DNA of 29,356 bases. Source: a virus. Lineage: Duplodnaviria > Caudoviricetes. Positions 25,473 through 29,356 of this stretch are shown here, one piece after another. The stretch's first letter is position 1. Each line of letters opens with the position of its first letter. Below the pieces are notes generated by a model. The model worked only from the letters and a program-made list of their open reading frames with translations, was not told the origin of the DNA and made no database searches. A program made the translations under genes and the position numbers. The stretch is from the IMG/VR virus record IMGVR_UViG_3300020042_006411, positions 1 to 29,356 of that record; one strand, 5' to 3'.

Positions 25473-25715
25473 ATGCCAAAACCGCCAAAAATAACAGAGC
25501 GCAAACTTGGCAAGCATCAAGCTATTGGCCTTTGCTGGAACGACGGCAGAATTGAAATTGATTCAAGGTTAACAGGCAAAAAGCGCCTTGAAATCGTTTG
25601 TCACGAAATCATCCATCACATCGCGCCCGATTGGGACGAGGCAAAAGTCTTGCATACAGGCCGAATCATAGGCAATGCGCTTTGGAAACAGGGTTACCGA
25701 AAAACTGACAGCTAA
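25473..25715 (+). CDS. Small HExxH (zincin-like) protein
   Basis: IGLC..DGRIEIDSRL...LEIVCHEIIHH..PDWDE. Confidence 0.72.
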   Translation: MPKPPKITERKLGKHQAIGLCWNDGRIEIDSRLTGKKRLEIVCHEIIHHIAPDWDEAKVLHTGRIIGNALWKQGYRKTDS

Positions 25716-25723
25716 CAAATATT

Positions 25724-26707
25724 ATGACTAAAGCCGCAATTGTTAGATCGTATCTTGAGCGCTTTCCAGAAACGGAAAATCGGACATTGGCTAAACTCTT
25801 GCATAAGGAATTGCCCACGGTTTTTATGTCGCCCGAATCAGCTCGCGACATTATAAGAAGACTTCGGGGGGCCAAAGGAAAACGTCATATCAAATACGCT
25901 ATAGACAAATCGGCATTTAAGCCGCTTGGCTGGCAGAAGGATGTGATACCTAAAACGCTTGCAAGAACTCGGGAGCCAATCGTTTTAAGCGGGGCCTTGA
26001 AGGTGCTGATTTTGTCAGACATCCACATCCCGTATCACGACGAGGTGGCTGTAGCTGCCGCTATCGCGCACGGCAAAAAGAAAAAGCCGGACGTAATTAT
26101 CCTCAACGGTGACATCGGTGATTTTTATGGCGTGTCACGTCACGACAAAGATCCGCGCCGCTCGCTTGCTGATGAGTTGGACGCCATTCGCCAGTTTCTT
26201 TTCCACCTTCGCAAGCAGTTCCCGAACGCACGCATTTTTTACAAAATTGGAAATCATGAGGCACGCATGGAGATGTTTTTGGTCAAGAATGCGCCCGTGC
26301 TTCTCGGCGTTTCAGATTTTGAGCTTCCCGTGTTGCTGAAATTTGATGAGTCGAGGATCGAGCTTGTCCCATCGCTGACGCTCATTCGACTCGGCAGTTT
26401 GCCGATTTATCACGGGCACGAATTGCCGCAGGGTATGTCATCGCCAGTCAATCCTGCGCGAGGCATTTGGATGCGCGTGCAGGAGTCGCTTATCTGTGGC
26501 CATTGGCATCGCACAAGCGAGCACACTGAGAGCACGGGACTAAACAAAAAGCTGTCTTCGTGCTGGTCAACGGGATGCCTTTGCGACCTGACGCCGGATT
26601 ACGCTATCGTGAACCGCTGGAATCACGGCTTTGCATGGGTAGAAACGCAATCCGATGGCAACTATGAAGTGACGAATCACAAGATCATTAATGGGAGGGT
26701 TTATTAA
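25724..26707 (+). CDS. Calcineurin-like metallophosphoesterase with N-terminal helical domain
   Basis: Full motif set: SDIH, NGDIGD, GNHE, HGH, GHWH. Confidence 0.9.
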   Translation: MTKAAIVRSYLERFPETENRTLAKLLHKELPTVFMSPESARDIIRRLRGAKGKRHIKYAIDKSAFKPLGWQKDVIPKTLARTREPIVLSGALKVLILSDIHIPYHDEVAVAAAIAHGKKKKPDVIILNGDIGDFYGVSRHDKDPRRSLADELDAIRQFLFHLRKQFPNARIFYKIGNHEARMEMFLVKNAPVLLGVSDFELPVLLKFDESRIELVPSLTLIRLGSLPIYHGHELPQGMSSPVNPARGIWMRVQESLICGHWHRTSEHTESTGLNKKLSSCWSTGCLCDLTPDYAIVNRWNHGFAWVETQSDGNYEVTNHKIINGRVY

Positions 26708-27250
26708 ATGAAAACTGTATGCCTAGATCCTGGCCATGGAATGAGCAATCGCCGCGCGGGCGCTTATGATCCTGGGGCGTGTGCTTTTGGTAAAAAGGAA
26801 GCCGAGATAGCAATGGACTGGGTTAACGAGCTGCGCGTCATCTTGCAAGCTCGCGGCCATAAGGTTGTCAGAACTCGAATCAACGGCAGCGATCCCGCGC
26901 CAGTTGGCGAGCGTGCTGGCATCGCGGAAGAATACGGCTGCGACATCATGCTATCTATCCACTGCAATGCTGCAAATGGGGCAGCAAATGGCACAGAGAC
27001 GTTTTACCGTGGCGAGTTTAACAAAGGCCTTGCTGCAAAAATCAACGCGGCTTTATGCGCTGTTCTTGGCACCAAGTCGAGGGGCGTTAAAACTGAAAGC
27101 GCAAGCCAGCATTCACGGCTTGCCGTCATGGCTTTCCAGCCGTGTTTCCTGATCGAGCTTGGATTCATCGACAACGCAGGCGATCTTGAAAAGATGATTG
27201 ATCCCGTGCGGAGGCTGGCAGCTTGCGAGGCCATCGCTGAATTGCTATGA
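26708..27250 (+). CDS. N-acetylmuramoyl-L-alanine amidase (Amidase_3-type endolysin)
   Basis: LDPGHG, E (KEAE), SIHCNA, GTETFY and LIELGFIDN motifs. Confidence 0.92.
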   Translation: MKTVCLDPGHGMSNRRAGAYDPGACAFGKKEAEIAMDWVNELRVILQARGHKVVRTRINGSDPAPVGERAGIAEEYGCDIMLSIHCNAANGAANGTETFYRGEFNKGLAAKINAALCAVLGTKSRGVKTESASQHSRLAVMAFQPCFLIELGFIDNAGDLEKMIDPVRRLAACEAIAELL

Positions 27251-27372
27251 GGCGTGCAATTTGGCCATACAGTTTCTATTTCTTGGCCGTCTATTGTTTT
27301 GGCTTCATGTATGGCACGGCCTTGTTCATTATTGTGTGGTTTATCCAGCTTGTTATCGAATGCGCCGATTAA
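27247..27372 (+). CDS. 41-aa hydrophobic membrane peptide (not in ORF track)
   Basis: MRRAIWPYSFYFLAVYCFGFMYGTALFIIVWFIQLVIECAD; ATGA overlap with the amidase stop and TAATG overlap with the next gene. Confidence 0.6.
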   Translation: MRRAIWPYSFYFLAVYCFGFMYGTALFIIVWFIQLVIECAD

Positions 27373-27527
27373 TGGAAGTTCCTCTTGGCTGGAAGCTCTA
27401 TGACGGGCCGAAAGATTGGCGCTTAATCAAAGGTGCGAAGTTTTGGGACGCTGCTCAATTGCGTTGGCGCAAGATAAACGGCGGCGCGTTTGCAACTGGC
27501 GACGGGCCAATTATTGTGAAGTCATGA
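27372..27527 (+). CDS. Hypothetical protein (51 aa, Trp-rich)
   Basis: ATG at 27372 in the frame of ORF 27198..27527; coupled at both ends. Confidence 0.55.
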   Translation: MEVPLGWKLYDGPKDWRLIKGAKFWDAAQLRWRKINGGAFATGDGPIIVKS

Positions 27528-27727
27528 CTGACTGGCAACGCATCGCAGACCACTTCAATGCAACGGCAAAATGCCGACGGCTCAAAACGGCACAGCCTAA
27601 AGTAAGCCATGAGCCGGGATGCACGTTTGTTGAATGCCAACATTATAAATGCGTTTGCCGCATGAATGACCACGGTGACGATCCGCTTAGTGCATTCCTT
27701 GCTAAGTGGCAAAATAGGCACGGGTGA
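27524..27727 (+). CDS. Cys/His-rich hypothetical protein (67 aa)
   Basis: ATG at 27524 via ATGA overlap; five Cys, including CTFVECQHYKCVC. Confidence 0.55.
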   Translation: MTDWQRIADHFNATAKCRRLKTAQPKVSHEPGCTFVECQHYKCVCRMNDHGDDPLSAFLAKWQNRHG

Positions 27728-27800
27728 AAAGATTTCTACTTTTACACTTGCGCGAGTTTGGCGCGTGTGATTAGATGCGTTGTCATCACGACATCATCAC

Positions 27801-27983
27801 ATGAAAACCTTAAAAATTAGCGAGACATTGCACTCGCAACTACGCATCAACGCAGCCAATCAAGGCTGTAGTCTTCAGTCCCTCGCTGAGGGATTTATCA
27901 CCAATGGCATTGCAGATTTGTTTAAACGCAAGCAGGCCAAGACTGGCAATCCTCTACGCCTTCGGAAAGGATCAGCAATATGA
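27801..27983 (+). CDS. Ribbon-helix-helix-type DNA-binding protein
   Basis: MKTLKISETLHSQLRINAANQGCSLQSLAEGFI fits the Arc/CopG beta-alpha-alpha pattern; first gene after an intergenic gap. Confidence 0.72.
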   Translation: MKTLKISETLHSQLRINAANQGCSLQSLAEGFITNGIADLFKRKQAKTGNPLRLRKGSAI

Positions 27984-28306
27984 ACGACTTAACTCCATGG
28001 CTTGACTCCATCAACGAAGGTCCGCGCAAGCGTGCATTTTTTGCAGCCGTTTTCAGTAAGTTGGAAGAGCTTGGCTTCATTCTTAATAACCCTGACGCCA
28101 TCGACGGCGGTTATCGCTTGGAGTTTTTCAATGAAGGCAATCTCACTTGGGTTGTTGCTGACCGTTACACATCTTTCCCTGTAGCTGGCGAAGATCCCGG
28201 CATTCAGCTTTATTCTGAAAATGAAGCGTGGGAAGCATCATTCCGCGCTCGCACTCCAGTTCAACTTGCACTTGATGCACTCGAATACCTTACCGCTAAT
28301 GAATAA
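27980..28306 (+). CDS. Hypothetical protein (108 aa)
   Basis: ATGA-coupled to the RHH gene. Confidence 0.7.
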   Translation: MNDLTPWLDSINEGPRKRAFFAAVFSKLEELGFILNNPDAIDGGYRLEFFNEGNLTWVVADRYTSFPVAGEDPGIQLYSENEAWEASFRARTPVQLALDALEYLTANE

Positions 28307-28532
28307 TCTATCCTCATTTCATTTCCGTTCCGGCATGGGCGACCGTGTAACCGACAACCGCGCAGAGTGGTTGATTAAGCTAGACGATCACATCCGCGCC
28401 AATTCACCACGGCAGCGCAGGCTGGAAGCGGAGCGCCGCTTTCTTCTTGCTCGCTACCACGAAACATTTTCAGCCATTGCAGGCGGCATCCTGCTGGTTG
28501 TTATTATCCTCTGCCTTGCATTCATCGCCTAA
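28299..28532 (+). CDS. Hypothetical protein with C-terminal transmembrane segment (77 aa)
   Basis: ATG at 28299 overlaps the upstream end; AIAGGILLVVIILCLAFIA C-terminus. Confidence 0.62.
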   Translation: MNNLSSFHFRSGMGDRVTDNRAEWLIKLDDHIRANSPRQRRLEAERRFLLARYHETFSAIAGGILLVVIILCLAFIA

Positions 28533-28545
28533 CATCATCACTACT

Positions 28546-29356
28546 ATGTCATCACAACTTATTACTACCGAAACAGACGTGCAAATCGCCCGTGAATCCG
28601 CAGCTTTTGAAATGCTGCAACGCCAAGCCAAGATGTTTGCCTCCGCGACTCTTGTTCCCAAAGAGTTTCAAGGCAACATTGCCAACTGTGCAATCGGCCT
28701 AAACATTGCTAAACGATTGGGCGCTGATCCGTTCATGGTCTTGCAAAATATCGACATCATCCACGGACGGCCAAGCTTTCGCGCTACGTTCTTGATTGCC
28801 ATGGTGAACGCCTCGGGACGTTTTGAGCCTCTTCAATTTGAGATGACCGAAACTGGGAAGGAGACAACTAAAGCTGTCACGTTTGAAGTCTGGGAAAACC
28901 AGAAAAAGGTTTCTCGCGAGATCAAATACACCTACACGCCGACAACTTGCATCGCCTACGCCAAAGACAAGTCCAGCGGAGCGGTTATCAAAGGGCCTCC
29001 AGTATCGTATGACATGGCAATCTCTGAGGGATGGGTAGGCAAGTCTGGCAGCAAGTGGCAAACCGATATGCGAGAATTAATGATCCGCTACCGCGCCGCT
29101 GCATTCTTTGCCAGACTCTACGCGCCAGACATTACCTTGGGCATGTTGACGGCAGAGGAAGCTTACGACATTGCAGAACGCGATGTAACGCCACGCGCTG
29201 AATCATCACCACTTTTTAAGACTCTCGCGGCAAAATCGCCGCAGACTGCACTCCCACCTGAAGTAGGCGAAAAAACAGGTAATCAAAACAGGAGTGCAGA
29301 ATCATCTTTGACTGCAGTCAAGGCCGTCACGACGCTTGATCAGGTCACAGGCAAGA
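28546..29356 (+). CDS. recT: RecT-like single-strand annealing protein (3' truncated by window; not in ORF track)
   Basis: LVPKEFQGNIANC, ADPFMVLQNIDIIHGRPSF, EGWVGKSGSKWQT, LMIRYRAAAFFARLYAPDITLGMLTAEE; open to the window end. Confidence 0.82.
   Translation, partial: MSSQLITTETDVQIARESAAFEMLQRQAKMFASATLVPKEFQGNIANCAIGLNIAKRLGADPFMVLQNIDIIHGRPSFRATFLIAMVNASGRFEPLQFEMTETGKETTKAVTFEVWENQKKVSREIKYTYTPTTCIAYAKDKSSGAVIKGPPVSYDMAISEGWVGKSGSKWQTDMRELMIRYRAAAFFARLYAPDITLGMLTAEEAYDIAERDVTPRAESSPLFKTLAAKSPQTALPPEVGEKTGNQNRSAESSLTAVKAVTTLDQVTGK

Noticed and set aside
27524-27727. Lar-like restriction alleviation protein
   Set aside because: Only the Cys content and a WQNR end are similar; the CPFCG motif is absent.
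1-29356. Stop-codon reassignment, since none of the called genes ends in TAG
   Set aside because: Genes are intact and tightly packed under the standard code with no need for TAG read-through; TAG is commonly rare.

Overview
This window is most of the virion (late) region of a tailed dsDNA phage or prophage with podovirus-type (T7/BPP-1-like) morphogenesis genes. On the + strand, in order: small pre-portal protein, portal, Bbp19-like protein, scaffold, major capsid protein, probable decoration protein, tail tubular proteins A and B, GNAT-like protein, two ejection proteins and a 2538-aa polyvalent/ejection protein. A reverse-oriented island of five short, translationally coupled genes (20106-21985) follows. 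Then come a fibre module, two holin-like peptides, a degenerate tRNA-like element, an HExxH protein, a metallophosphoesterase and an amidase endolysin. The window ends with the start of an early region (RHH regulator, RecT-like annealase running off the end). The most unusual signals are: (1) the reverse island, whose genes are built from shared DNA modules and repeats spanning their stop/start junctions; (2) ATCATCAC just before several start codons, with its exact complement in the loop of a perfect hairpin inside a coding region; (3) a kissing-loop/attenuator leader for the island; (4) a promoter/operator motif (TTGC..TCTCA-N4-TGAGA) at three late-module starts; (5) twin C/ANAA internal-loop hairpins in the capsid leader; (6) cassette-like domains, including a DUF2293-like one, bounded by FSI(A/S)P repeats in the giant protein. 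All calls come from motif recognition and gene order by eye; no searches or folding programs were run.
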